Below are positions 45,932-54,812 of a stretch of DNA of 64,000 nt, one piece after another. The notes under the pieces are model-generated. The model was given only the letters and a program-made list of their open reading frames with translations. It was not told the DNA's origin and made no database searches. The translations under genes and the position numbers were made by a program. The stretch spans positions 613,136 to 677,135 of the forward strand of contig JANWJF010000001.1 in assembly GCA_025449535.1 (NCBI GenBank), in the 5' to 3' direction. Numbering within the stretch: the stretch's first letter is position 1; each line of letters begins with the position of its first letter. Source of the DNA: Candidatus Saccharimonadia bacterium. GTDB lineage: Bacteria; Patescibacteriota; SICC01.

Positions 45932-47016
45932 ACGCGGACCAGGCCAGGAAGCCCGAGAAGATCCTCGTCGGGATGAGCGGCGGCGTCGATTCGTCCGTGG
46001 CCGCGGCACTGCTGAAGGAGGACGGCAACGACGTCACCGGTATCTATATGGACAACTGGTCCGACGCCTCGAACCTCCAAGGCCAAGGTTGTTCGACCTG
46101 GGCGCAGGACCGCACGGATGCGCTCAAGGTCGCCAAGGATCTCGGGATACCGTTCCGGACGGTCAGCTTCGAGAGCGAGTACAAGAAGACCGTCCTCGAT
46201 TATTTCTTCTCGGAGTACGCTGCCGGACGGACCCCGAACCCCGACGTGCTGTGTAATCGCGAGATCAAGTTCGGGATGCTGCTCCGCTGGGCCAAGGACC
46301 ATGGCTTCGACGCGGTGGCGACCGGCCACTACGCGCGGGTCGAGCGCTGCGAGGACCACAGCCACCTCTACAAGGGCGCCGATCCGGACAAGGACCAGAC
46401 GTACTTCCTGTCCCAGCTCTCACAAGAGCAGCTTTGGCACGCGGAATTCCCGCTCGGCGATTGGAAGAAGCCCGACGTCCGCCGCAAGGCCCAGAAGCTC
46501 GGGCTGCATGTGGCGGACAAGCCGGACAGCCAGGGACTCTGCTTCGTCGGGCAGATCGACCTCAAGGGGTTCCTCGAGCAGAAGATCGACGGCGAACCGG
46601 GCGACGTACGGACGCCGGACGGCGAGGTGGTCGGGCGGCACCATGGTGCGGCGTTCTACACGGTGGGCCAGCGGCGCGGCGTCGGCGTGGTGAAGCAGGT
46701 CCCGATGTACGTACTGAAGACGGACGTCGAGACGAACACCGTCACTGTCGGCTACGAAAAGGACCTCTACAAGGAGAAGATCGCCACGGAGCAGCCGCAC
46801 TGGGTGATCGGTGAGGAGCCGCCGGAGCTGTCGCGCGGCGAGTGGCGTTGCCAGGTGAGCATCCGCTACCGGATGCAGCCGGCTCCGGCCACGGTCCGGC
46901 GGACACTCAGTGGCCTGACGATCGAATTCGAGGAAGAGCAGCGCGGCCCGACGCCGGGCCAGTTCGCGGTGCTCTACGAGGACGACGAGTTAGTGGGGAG
47001 TGCGGTGATCCGGTAA
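45928..47016 (+). CDS. mnmA: tRNA 2-thiouridylase
   Basis: MSGGVDSSV, TPNPD.LCN.EIKF, ATGHYA, KDQTYFL, DSQG.CF, TPGQ. Confidence 0.97.
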   Translation: MNADQARKPEKILVGMSGGVDSSVAAALLKEDGNDVTGIYMDNWSDASNLQGQGCSTWAQDRTDALKVAKDLGIPFRTVSFESEYKKTVLDYFFSEYAAGRTPNPDVLCNREIKFGMLLRWAKDHGFDAVATGHYARVERCEDHSHLYKGADPDKDQTYFLSQLSQEQLWHAEFPLGDWKKPDVRRKAQKLGLHVADKPDSQGLCFVGQIDLKGFLEQKIDGEPGDVRTPDGEVVGRHHGAAFYTVGQRRGVGVVKQVPMYVLKTDVETNTVTVGYEKDLYKEKIATEQPHWVIGEEPPELSRGEWRCQVSIRYRMQPAPATVRRTLSGLTIEFEEEQRGPTPGQFAVLYEDDELVGSAVIR

Positions 47017-47102
47017 CGTCATTCCCGCGAAGGCGGGAATCGCGTCGATTATCGGATGCGTGTCCATTGCAGCTGATCCTCGGGCCAAGCCCGAGGATGA
47101 CG
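47017..47102. repeat. Inverted pair of CGTC-tagged REP-like palindromes
   Basis: CGTCATTCCCGCGAAGGCGGGAATC (+) and CGTCATCCTCGGGCTTGGCCCGAGGATC (-) facing each other. Confidence 0.7.
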
Positions 47103-47125
47103 GACGTTTGTTAGGATAGGACCTG

Positions 47126-47446
47126 ATGGCTCGCAAGAAGCACGACTGCAACTGCAATGACTGCCCGCATAAGAAGCGCGGGGGTGACGGCACGGCCGGA
47201 TTCGCGATTGGTGCGGCGCTCGGGGCCGTGGCCGCGGGACTGATGGCGCCGCAAAAGGGCGAGAAGACCCGCAAGCAGGCCAAGGACAAATTCGAGGAAC
47301 TGACCCAGGGTCGCTCCGTCGACGAGATCGTGGCGCAGGTCCGGAAGGCCGCGGACGGCGTGATCGCGGACATCAAGGATGCTGCCGATGCCGGCAAGAA
47401 GGAAGCCGCCAAGGAGAAGCGGCGGATTCTGCGCGAAGACGAGTAG
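47126..47446 (+). CDS. YtxH domain protein
   Basis: GFAIGAALGA.AGL.APQKGEKTR. Confidence 0.88.
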   Translation: MARKKHDCNCNDCPHKKRGGDGTAGFAIGAALGAVAAGLMAPQKGEKTRKQAKDKFEELTQGRSVDEIVAQVRKAADGVIADIKDAADAGKKEAAKEKRRILREDE

Positions 47447-47471
47447 CCGGAATAACGATAAGCTGGAAAGC

Positions 47472-49256
47472 ATGAAGGCGCCCGACATCCGGAACACGTT
47501 CCTGAAGTTCTTCGAGGAGCGCGGGCACGCGATCATCCCGAGTGCGCCGGTGGTGCCGCAGCACGATCCGACGGTCCTGTTCACGACCGCCGGGATGCAT
47601 CCCCTGGTGCCGTATTTGCTCGGCGAACCGCACCCGGCCGGGAAGCTCCTGGCGGACGTCCAGAAGTGCGTCCGGACCAGCGACATCGACGAGGTCGGCG
47701 ACCTCACGCACCTGACGTTCTTCGAGATGCTCGGCAACTGGTCGCTCGGCGACTACTTCAAGGAAGACGCGATTGCATGGAGCTGGGAACTGCTGACCTC
47801 GAAGGACAAGGGGTTCGGGTTGGATCCCGACAAGCTCGCCGTCTCCTGCTTCAAGGGAGACGACGACGCGCCCAAGGACGAGGAGGCTGCGAAGCTCTGG
47901 GAGGCCCAGGGCGTCCCGAAGGAGCGGATCTTCTTCTACGGCAAGGACGACAACTGGTGGGGACCGGCCGGTGAGGCCGGCCCATGCGGTCCGGACACCG
48001 AGATCTTCTACTGGATCGGCGAAGGGAAACCGGAGCTGAAGCCCGGTCCGGCCGAGGACGACCAACGCTGGGTCGAGATCTGGAACAACGTGTTCATGCA
48101 GTACGAGAAGACGGCGGGTGGTACGTTCGAGCCGCTGGCACAGAAGAACGTGGATACCGGCATGGGTCTCGAGCGGCTCGCGGTGATCCTGCAGGGGAAG
48201 AAGGACATCTACGAGACGGATTTATTTTCTCCGGTCGTCGATAAAATCCGGAAGCTTTCGAACGTAAACGAGCCGGACGAACGCGCGGAACGAATCATCG
48301 CGGATCACCTGAAAGCCGCGACGTTCATGATCGCGGATGGCGTGAGGCCGTCGAACACGGACCAGGGATACATCTTGCGGCGATTGATCCGCCGCGCGGT
48401 TCGGCAAGCGCGTTTGTTGAAGATCGAGTATCCCTTTAGCGAATCCGTCGCGGAGACGGTCGTGTCGGAATTCAAAGACGCATATCCGGAGCTGGACCGC
48501 GAAGCGAAGACTATTCGCGAGGAGCTTTTAAAGGAAGAAGAAAAGTTCAGTAGAACTTTAGAAAAAGGACTCCGCTATCTACAAGAATTAGTCCAGAAAA
48601 ATGGACAGAAAATTACAGGCTTAGATGCCCATCATCTTTTTGAGACGTACGGTTTTCCATTAGAGCTCTCGCTAGAAGAAATTTTTAAGGATTCTGAGAA
48701 AGAAAATTCGAAAACTTTCGAAAAAGAATTTCAAAAAGCCAAAAAAGAGCACCAAGAAAAATCCCGCGCCGGATCAAAGCAGAAGTTTACGGGCGGGCTG
48801 GCCGACCATTCCGAGAAGGTCGTCCGGCAGCACACGGCCACGCACCTGCTGCTGGCAGCACTCCGCGACGTACTCGGTGACCACGTGAAGCAGCGAGGCA
48901 GCAACATCACCGCGGAGCGGTTGCGGTTCGACTTCTCGCATCCGGAGAAACTCACCGACGAGCAGCGGAACCAGGTCGAGGCGCTGGTCAACGAGTGGAT
49001 CCGCGAGGACCTACCGGTCACGCGTAAGGAGATGCCGCTCGCGGAAGCCGAGCGCATCGGCGCCCAGATGGAGTTCGGGCACAAGTATCCGGACACCGTG
49101 TCCGTCTACTTCGTCGGCGATCCGGCGGAAGCGCGGTCGATCGAGTTCTGTGGCGGGCCGCACGTGGAACGCACCGGCGAGATCGGCACGTTCAAGCTGA
49201 AGAAGCAGGAATCGGTCGGCGCCGGCGTGCGGCGGATCAAGGCCGTCGTCGAATAG
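47472..49256 (+). CDS. alaS: Alanine--tRNA ligase (short form without C-Ala domain)
   Basis: LFTTAGM, HLTFFEMLGNWS.GDYFK, GPCGP, DTGMG.ER, HTATH, RFDF, CGGPH; ATG 47472. Confidence 0.97.
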   Translation: MKAPDIRNTFLKFFEERGHAIIPSAPVVPQHDPTVLFTTAGMHPLVPYLLGEPHPAGKLLADVQKCVRTSDIDEVGDLTHLTFFEMLGNWSLGDYFKEDAIAWSWELLTSKDKGFGLDPDKLAVSCFKGDDDAPKDEEAAKLWEAQGVPKERIFFYGKDDNWWGPAGEAGPCGPDTEIFYWIGEGKPELKPGPAEDDQRWVEIWNNVFMQYEKTAGGTFEPLAQKNVDTGMGLERLAVILQGKKDIYETDLFSPVVDKIRKLSNVNEPDERAERIIADHLKAATFMIADGVRPSNTDQGYILRRLIRRAVRQARLLKIEYPFSESVAETVVSEFKDAYPELDREAKTIREELLKEEEKFSRTLEKGLRYLQELVQKNGQKITGLDAHHLFETYGFPLELSLEEIFKDSEKENSKTFEKEFQKAKKEHQEKSRAGSKQKFTGGLADHSEKVVRQHTATHLLLAALRDVLGDHVKQRGSNITAERLRFDFSHPEKLTDEQRNQVEALVNEWIREDLPVTRKEMPLAEAERIGAQMEFGHKYPDTVSVYFVGDPAEARSIEFCGGPHVERTGEIGTFKLKKQESVGAGVRRIKAVVE

Positions 49257-49361
49257 CCAGTCATTCCGTGCCGGTGTATGGTAAGGGGTCTTCCCGCAGG
49301 ACTTCGCAGTGCGGCAGTTCGGGAAGCACCGCCCTTTAGAATCGACGGAAGGAGCATCATC

Positions 49362-49766
49362 GTGGCAAGCGCTACGTCGGCAACCCCGACCGCGGTAGAG
49401 GTCCGTTTGGCCGCCCAGATCGAGCATCAGGACGAGCATCCGGTCATCAAGGTCGACGAAGCCATCGCGCGCGGCGTCAGTCTCGCGGACCTCGGTCTCT
49501 CCTATGAGCGGCTGTGCGCGGCAAGACTCAGCTTCGTCCAGGATGCGATGTCGACCTTTCTACTCGATGATTCGGACGAGCGTCTCACGGCCCGGGCCTT
49601 GGCCTACCTTGAGGTCGGCGCAGTCGACCTGAAAAAGGTATCGGTTCGCGCCGCGGACAGGGAGACCCTCCAGGTCTACCTGGACGAGAAGGATTGGGAC
49701 GACCCCGACTCCCGTTCCGAACTGGAGATCGTCGAAAAGGCATTCAAGGACTCCCAGCCGGAGTGA
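49362..49766 (+). CDS. Hypothetical acidic protein
   Basis: AAGGAG RBS before GTG 49362; GC3-biased ORF; no recognisable motif. Confidence 0.55.
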   Translation: MASATSATPTAVEVRLAAQIEHQDEHPVIKVDEAIARGVSLADLGLSYERLCAARLSFVQDAMSTFLLDDSDERLTARALAYLEVGAVDLKKVSVRAADRETLQVYLDEKDWDDPDSRSELEIVEKAFKDSQPE

Positions 49767-49823
49767 TGCCGATCACGCAGGGCGTCGCGCCCCGACATTC
49801 CATGTCGGGGCGCTTCGACGTGG

Positions 49824-50177
49824 CTATGCCTCGTGATGCGACTCCGACGCTGCCGCCGGGGTCCATCCGGCTGCCTCGAACAGATGATACGCACTCTCCG
49901 ATTCCGCGGCGACCGCCAACTCCCGGCCCCATTCTTGCAAGGCGGTCAAGTCGGGCAGTCCGTCGCGTCCGTCCCGGCCGCTGAATAGCGCATCCCGATA
50001 GAAGACGGCCGCAGACTCGACGGCTCGCCGGGCGGAACCGTCCTCGTTGCCTGTTTCTAGCGCGTCGGCTGCCGCCCGCAATGATCGCCGGAGGTGTCCG
50101 GCCGCCTTGCGGACGCCGTATTCATCCGTGCTCGGGAATAGGGACGGGTCCTCGGCGTCCATCGGGATTTCGGCCAT
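49824..50177 (-). CDS. Hypothetical protein (117 aa)
   Basis: TATGCT 6 nt before ATG; fills the gap; no recognisable motif. Confidence 0.5.
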   Translation of the reverse strand: MAEIPMDAEDPSLFPSTDEYGVRKAAGHLRRSLRAAADALETGNEDGSARRAVESAAVFYRDALFSGRDGRDGLPDLTALQEWGRELAVAAESESAYHLFEAAGWTPAAASESHHEA

Positions 50178-50320
50178 GAAGCGAGCATACCACAGGCCTT
50201 GGGTTTTAATAAGTTAACCAAGGAAAAAACGCCTACACCGCGGCGCCGGATCACTCCCACCCGGGACGGCCGGACCCGCTGCTACAATGGACGGGTGACT
50301 CTGCAAAATCCACACGATTG

Positions 50321-51595
50321 ATGGGAATTCTCGACAAGGTCGGTTCGGTGTTCGCCGGTTCGGCGCGGGACACGCTGGCCAATTACTTCATCGCCTTGGA
50401 CATCGGCACCGAATTCGTGAAAGTGCTGGTCTGCGAGATCGTCGAGGGCCGGGCGGTGGTGATCGGCTCCGGCCGCCAGCGCCAGCGGCTGGGGGACATG
50501 CAGGGCGGCGCCGTCACCGACATCGGCGGTGTGATCGAGAACTGCGAGAAGGCGTTGGACCGGGCGCAGCGAATGGCCGGCGTGATGCCGGAGCAGGTCG
50601 TGATGGGCATCGCCGGCGAGCTGGTGAAGGGTGCCACCACGACCGTCCACTACGAACGCGCCAAGCCGGACACCAAGATCGACCTCACCGAGCTCAAGAA
50701 CATCGTCCACAAGGTGCAGTGGAAGGCGTTCGACCAGGTCCGGCAGCAGCTGGCCTGGGAGACCGGCCACTCCGAGATCGACGTGAAGCTGGTGAACGCG
50801 GCGATCGTCGACGTGCGGATCGATGGCTACCGGGTCACCAACCCGGTCGGCTTCCAGGGCAAGGACGTGACGATCGGAATCTTCAACGCGTTCGCGCCGC
50901 TGGTCCACCTGACGGCGCTGCAGGCGATCCCCGAGGAACTCGGCCTGGACCTGCTCTCGATCGCGGCGGAGCCGTACGCGGTGGCGCGCTGCCTCGGCAT
51001 CGAGGACAGCTCAGAATTCTCGGCGATCTTCGTCGACATCGGCGGTGGCACCACCGACGTGGCCGTCGTGAACAACGGCGGCGTGGTCGGGACGAAGATG
51101 TTCGCGCTCGGCGGCCGCACCTTCACCCGGCGGCTGGCCCAGTCGCTGCATGCGCCGTTCGACAAGGCCGAGGAGACCAAGCTCGCGTACACCAGCAAGT
51201 TGCTCGACCAGCCGTCCACCAAGATCGTGAAGGACGCGGTGGCGGCGGACGCCGAAGTCTGGCTGTCCGGCGTCCAACTGACGCTTTCCGAGTTCGGTAA
51301 CCTTGACCTGCTGCCAGCCCGGATCCTGCTCTGCGGCGGCGGCTCGGAACTGCCGGAGATTTCGAAGGTGCTTGGCGGCGCCAAGTGGTACAAGCAGTTG
51401 CCGTTCGCCAAGAAGCCGTCGGTCAGCTTCATCCGCCCGGAGGATATCCCCAACGTGAAGGACCAGACCCGCAGTCTGACCGGGCCGCAGGACGTGACCC
51501 CCATGGCTCTGGCGAATCTGGCGCTGGACCTGGCCGGGCCCGAAGAACTGTTACCATCGATACTACGACGCGCCGTTAAGGCGATGACCACCTAA
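50321..51595 (+). CDS. FtsA-like actin-fold ATPase (no adjacent ftsZ)
   Basis: ALDIGT, VDIGGGTTD, GG..FT, CGGGS.LP; amphipathic C-terminus. Confidence 0.85.
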   Translation: MGILDKVGSVFAGSARDTLANYFIALDIGTEFVKVLVCEIVEGRAVVIGSGRQRQRLGDMQGGAVTDIGGVIENCEKALDRAQRMAGVMPEQVVMGIAGELVKGATTTVHYERAKPDTKIDLTELKNIVHKVQWKAFDQVRQQLAWETGHSEIDVKLVNAAIVDVRIDGYRVTNPVGFQGKDVTIGIFNAFAPLVHLTALQAIPEELGLDLLSIAAEPYAVARCLGIEDSSEFSAIFVDIGGGTTDVAVVNNGGVVGTKMFALGGRTFTRRLAQSLHAPFDKAEETKLAYTSKLLDQPSTKIVKDAVAADAEVWLSGVQLTLSEFGNLDLLPARILLCGGGSELPEISKVLGGAKWYKQLPFAKKPSVSFIRPEDIPNVKDQTRSLTGPQDVTPMALANLALDLAGPEELLPSILRRAVKAMTT

Positions 51596-51601
51596 ACCCA
51601 C

Positions 51602-53374
51602 ATGAAAGCGATCTATCTCGAGCCAGATGAGGAAATCACCAGCGTCGTCGACCGCCTGCGGGAACTCGACGACAAGGAGGTGGCGATCGTGGTGCCCAAA
51701 CGGGCGGCCTTGCTCCAGAGCATCGTGAACCTGAAGCTCCTGCGCTTTCAGGCCGAGCAGCAGGGCAAGCGGATCAACATCGTCACCACGGACAAGACCG
51801 GCCGCAACCTGGCCTCGGCGATCGGCCTGACGGTCCATCAGAAGATGCCGGAGAAGGGACAGGCGGTGAAGGAGTCCGCGGTCCGCGAGGAAGCCGCGCC
51901 GGTCGAGATCAACTACAAGCAACGGCCGCCGAAGGAGCCGCAGAAGCCGTCCGACGAGCCGTCCGGCGTGGACATCGGTTACAAGAAGGGCAAGGGGCCG
52001 GAACTCGTGAAGCACGAGGTACGGACGCCGCCGCCCGCGCCGGAACCGGAACCCGAAACGCCGGAACCAGCGGCCGCGCCGGTCGCGAAGGAGACGCCGC
52101 CGGAACCGACCGCCAAGGAAGGCCCGCGCTTCACCGTGCCGAAACCCAAGGTCTCCAAGCCGAAGGTCTCGCTCCCCAGGGCCTCGTTGCCGTCGATCCG
52201 CTTGCCGAAACTCGGCGGGATCGGGCGCAAGGGGCCGGTGGCGATCGCGATCGCCCTGGTCGTCCTGCTGACGGGCGGCACCGCCGCCGCGGTCGTGTTG
52301 CCGCAGGCCACCGTGACGATCGTCCCGAAGACGGACCCGCTCAAGGCCGAGATCCCGGTCCGGTTCTCGACCACCGCGCCGCGCCTGGACGCCAAGGACA
52401 ACATCGTTCCCGCCAAGAGGATCGAGGTCACCAAGCAGGGCTCGCTGACGGCCGAGGCGACCGGCCGGTCCCTCGGCGGCGAGCCGGCTCGCGGCGAGAT
52501 CACCGTCGTCAATGAATTGAACCGCAACCAGCCGCTGGTGGTCCGGACGCGCTTCCAATCGCCGGACGGCAAGGTGTTCCGGGCCCAGTCCGGCATCGTC
52601 GTGCCGGCCGGCGGCACCACCACGGTCCAGGTCGTGGCGGACGAAGGCGGCACCGACGGGAATATCAAGAAGGGTGCCCGTTTGTCGATCCCGGGCCTGC
52701 GCAGCACCACCGCCGTCTACGGCCAGGTGGACAAGAACCTGTCCGGCGGCACCGCGGCCGACGACACCACGATCTCCGACGGGGACGTGGATCGGGCCAA
52801 GGCCCGGCTGGGAGTCCGGCTGGCAGAGGACGGCTTGGCCGACGCCAAGAAGAAGCTGCCGGTGGGCTCTACCCTGAACCCCGAAGTGGCGGCGATCTCC
52901 GTGCTCTCCTCGTCCGCCTCGCCGGGAACGGGGACGGCGGCCAAGCGGTTCACCGTGAAGGGCACCGTCCGGATCACGTACTTCGCGTACGACGAGCAGG
53001 ACCTGGAACGGGTGGTGGAGGAAGACCTCAAGGCGAAGGTGCCCGGCGGCACGACGCTGGTCCAGCAGCGTGACGAGCGGTTCGCCGTCCGGGAGAGCTC
53101 GGACGAGGAACTGAACACCCTGCTGATCGTCGACACCTTCACCGCGCCGGGCCTTTCCAAGGAGGACGTGGCCGAGGAGATCGCCGGCAAGTCGCCCAAG
53201 GAGGCCCGGCGGATTATCACCGCGGAGGGCCAGGCCACGGACGTGACGATCAAGCTGTCTCCGTTCTGGGTCCGTTCGGTCCCCGGGGACACCGGCAAGA
53301 TAGACATCCGGTTCAGCGCCGACCCGGGCGCCTCGCCGGGTCCGACCGCTAAGCCGGCCGTGACGCCGCGATGA
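51602..53374 (+). CDS. Bitopic membrane protein with baseplate-J-like extracellular domain
   Basis: N-terminal IYLE.DEEITSV domain, Pro/Lys linker, one TM, then ATG...ARG.ITV.N, TRF...G.VF, V.A...G..GN. Confidence 0.7.
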   Translation: MKAIYLEPDEEITSVVDRLRELDDKEVAIVVPKRAALLQSIVNLKLLRFQAEQQGKRINIVTTDKTGRNLASAIGLTVHQKMPEKGQAVKESAVREEAAPVEINYKQRPPKEPQKPSDEPSGVDIGYKKGKGPELVKHEVRTPPPAPEPEPETPEPAAAPVAKETPPEPTAKEGPRFTVPKPKVSKPKVSLPRASLPSIRLPKLGGIGRKGPVAIAIALVVLLTGGTAAAVVLPQATVTIVPKTDPLKAEIPVRFSTTAPRLDAKDNIVPAKRIEVTKQGSLTAEATGRSLGGEPARGEITVVNELNRNQPLVVRTRFQSPDGKVFRAQSGIVVPAGGTTTVQVVADEGGTDGNIKKGARLSIPGLRSTTAVYGQVDKNLSGGTAADDTTISDGDVDRAKARLGVRLAEDGLADAKKKLPVGSTLNPEVAAISVLSSSASPGTGTAAKRFTVKGTVRITYFAYDEQDLERVVEEDLKAKVPGGTTLVQQRDERFAVRESSDEELNTLLIVDTFTAPGLSKEDVAEEIAGKSPKEARRIITAEGQATDVTIKLSPFWVRSVPGDTGKIDIRFSADPGASPGPTAKPAVTPR

Positions 53375-53736
53375 AGGTCGTCGGTATAGACCTGGGGTCC
53401 GCCCGCAGCGGCCTGGCCGTATCGGACGAGCACGGCATGGTCGCCCGTCCGCTGAAGACGGTCCCGACGGACCGGCTGGCGGAAGAACTGCGCGGCCTGG
53501 CGCGGGACGGCGCCTCGCGGTTCGTGGTGGGTCGGCCGCGGTCCCTGGACGGTTCGCTGGGCAAGCAGGCGGAGTGGGTCGACGCCCAGGTGGAGCGCTT
53601 GAAGACGGCCGTTCCCGGGACCTACGAGTACGAGGACGAGACCGGCACGACCGCGGAAGCCGCGGCCCAGGGGGACGGCAGCGATGCCGGAGCCGCCCGG
53701 GTAATCCTGCAAGGGTATCTCGATGCCCGATCCTGA
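53371..53736 (+). CDS. ruvX: Holliday junction resolvase-like / pre-16S rRNA nuclease YqgF
   Basis: GIDLG..R.GLAVSD, VVG.P, DE..TT, D..AA.VILQGYLD. Confidence 0.88.
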   Translation: MKVVGIDLGSARSGLAVSDEHGMVARPLKTVPTDRLAEELRGLARDGASRFVVGRPRSLDGSLGKQAEWVDAQVERLKTAVPGTYEYEDETGTTAEAAAQGDGSDAGAARVILQGYLDARS

Positions 53737-54790
53737 CCGCCAACACGGCCAAACGGTCGTGCTCGACGCCGAGCCGACCCGTCCGTCCCCACCGCGTCGG
53801 CGGGGGCGTCGCGTCGCCATCCTTCTGGCCGTGGCGATCGTCGCGGTCGTCGGGGTGCTGAACTGGTACCGTGCCGGCCTGCAGCCGACGGGGGCAGCCG
53901 AGGCGGTCGTCACGGTGCCCGAAGGAGCCACCACCGACCGGATCACCGCCCTGCTCAAGGAACGGAACCTGATCCGCTCCGAAGGGGCGTTCGGGTGGTA
54001 CGTCCGGCTGCACGGCCTGGCGCCGGACTTCAACTCGGGACGCTTCCTGGTCACGGGTAAGAAGTCGGCCGGCGACGTCGCCCGCGTCCTGACCGGGAAG
54101 CCGAATGCCGGCAACCAGTTTACGATTCCCGAAGGGTTCACCCAGTACGCGATCGGCCAGCGCCTGGGCCGGCTCGGCATCGCGGACGCCGAGGAGTTCC
54201 GGGACCTCAAGGCCGCGGACTTCCCGGAGTACGACTTCCTGCGCGACCTGCCGGAAGATGCCAGTCTGGAGGGATATCTCTTTCCCGAGACCTACTCGGT
54301 GCCGCATGGCCGGATCACCGCCCGTGAGGTGGCCACGATCATGCTGAACCAGTTCCAGACCGAGATCGCGCCGCTCCGTCCGCGGATCGAGGCCAGCGAG
54401 TATTCGCTGCACGAGCTGGTGACCCTTGCCTCGATCGTCGAGGAAGAGGTGAAGAGCGAGAAGGACCGGCGGATGGTCGCGGACATCATGTTCCGCCGCT
54501 TGGAGCAGGACATCCGGCTGGACGTCGACGCGACGGTCCGGTACGCCCTCGACAAACCCACCGAGGCGCTGACGGCCTCCGACCTGGACTCGGACGACCC
54601 GTACAACACCCGGAAGTTCAAAGGATTGCCGCCGGGGCCGATCGCCAACCCGGGACTGGCCGCGATAGAGGCGGTGCTTGATCCCTTCGCCAACGACTTC
54701 CTGTTCTATCTCTCGGCGCCGGACGCCACGACGTACTACGCCGAGACCAACGACGGGCACGAACGGAACAAGTCCGAGCACCTGCAGTAA
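53723..54790 (+). CDS. mltG: Endolytic transglycosylase MltG
   Basis: N-terminal TM, TIPEG, LEGYLFPETY, LASIVE.E, PYNT....GLPPGPIANPG. Confidence 0.95.
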   Translation: MPDPDRQHGQTVVLDAEPTRPSPPRRRGRRVAILLAVAIVAVVGVLNWYRAGLQPTGAAEAVVTVPEGATTDRITALLKERNLIRSEGAFGWYVRLHGLAPDFNSGRFLVTGKKSAGDVARVLTGKPNAGNQFTIPEGFTQYAIGQRLGRLGIADAEEFRDLKAADFPEYDFLRDLPEDASLEGYLFPETYSVPHGRITAREVATIMLNQFQTEIAPLRPRIEASEYSLHELVTLASIVEEEVKSEKDRRMVADIMFRRLEQDIRLDVDATVRYALDKPTEALTASDLDSDDPYNTRKFKGLPPGPIANPGLAAIEAVLDPFANDFLFYLSAPDATTYYAETNDGHERNKSEHLQ

Positions 54791-54812
54791 TCCTTTCCGC
54801 TAGGCTAGTGAT

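Noticed and set aside
51602-53374. Baseplate-J-like gene as evidence of a prophage or tailocin
   Set aside because: No terminase, capsid, tail or integrase nearby; it has host-like codon usage, a TM helix and sits in a housekeeping operon.
51563-54781. 1072-aa minus-strand ORF, and similar long antisense ORFs (13342-14916, 59418-61385, 58271-59731, 25361-26506)
   Set aside because: They shadow well-supported plus-strand genes; stop-poor antisense frames are expected with high GC3, and the translations have no motifs.
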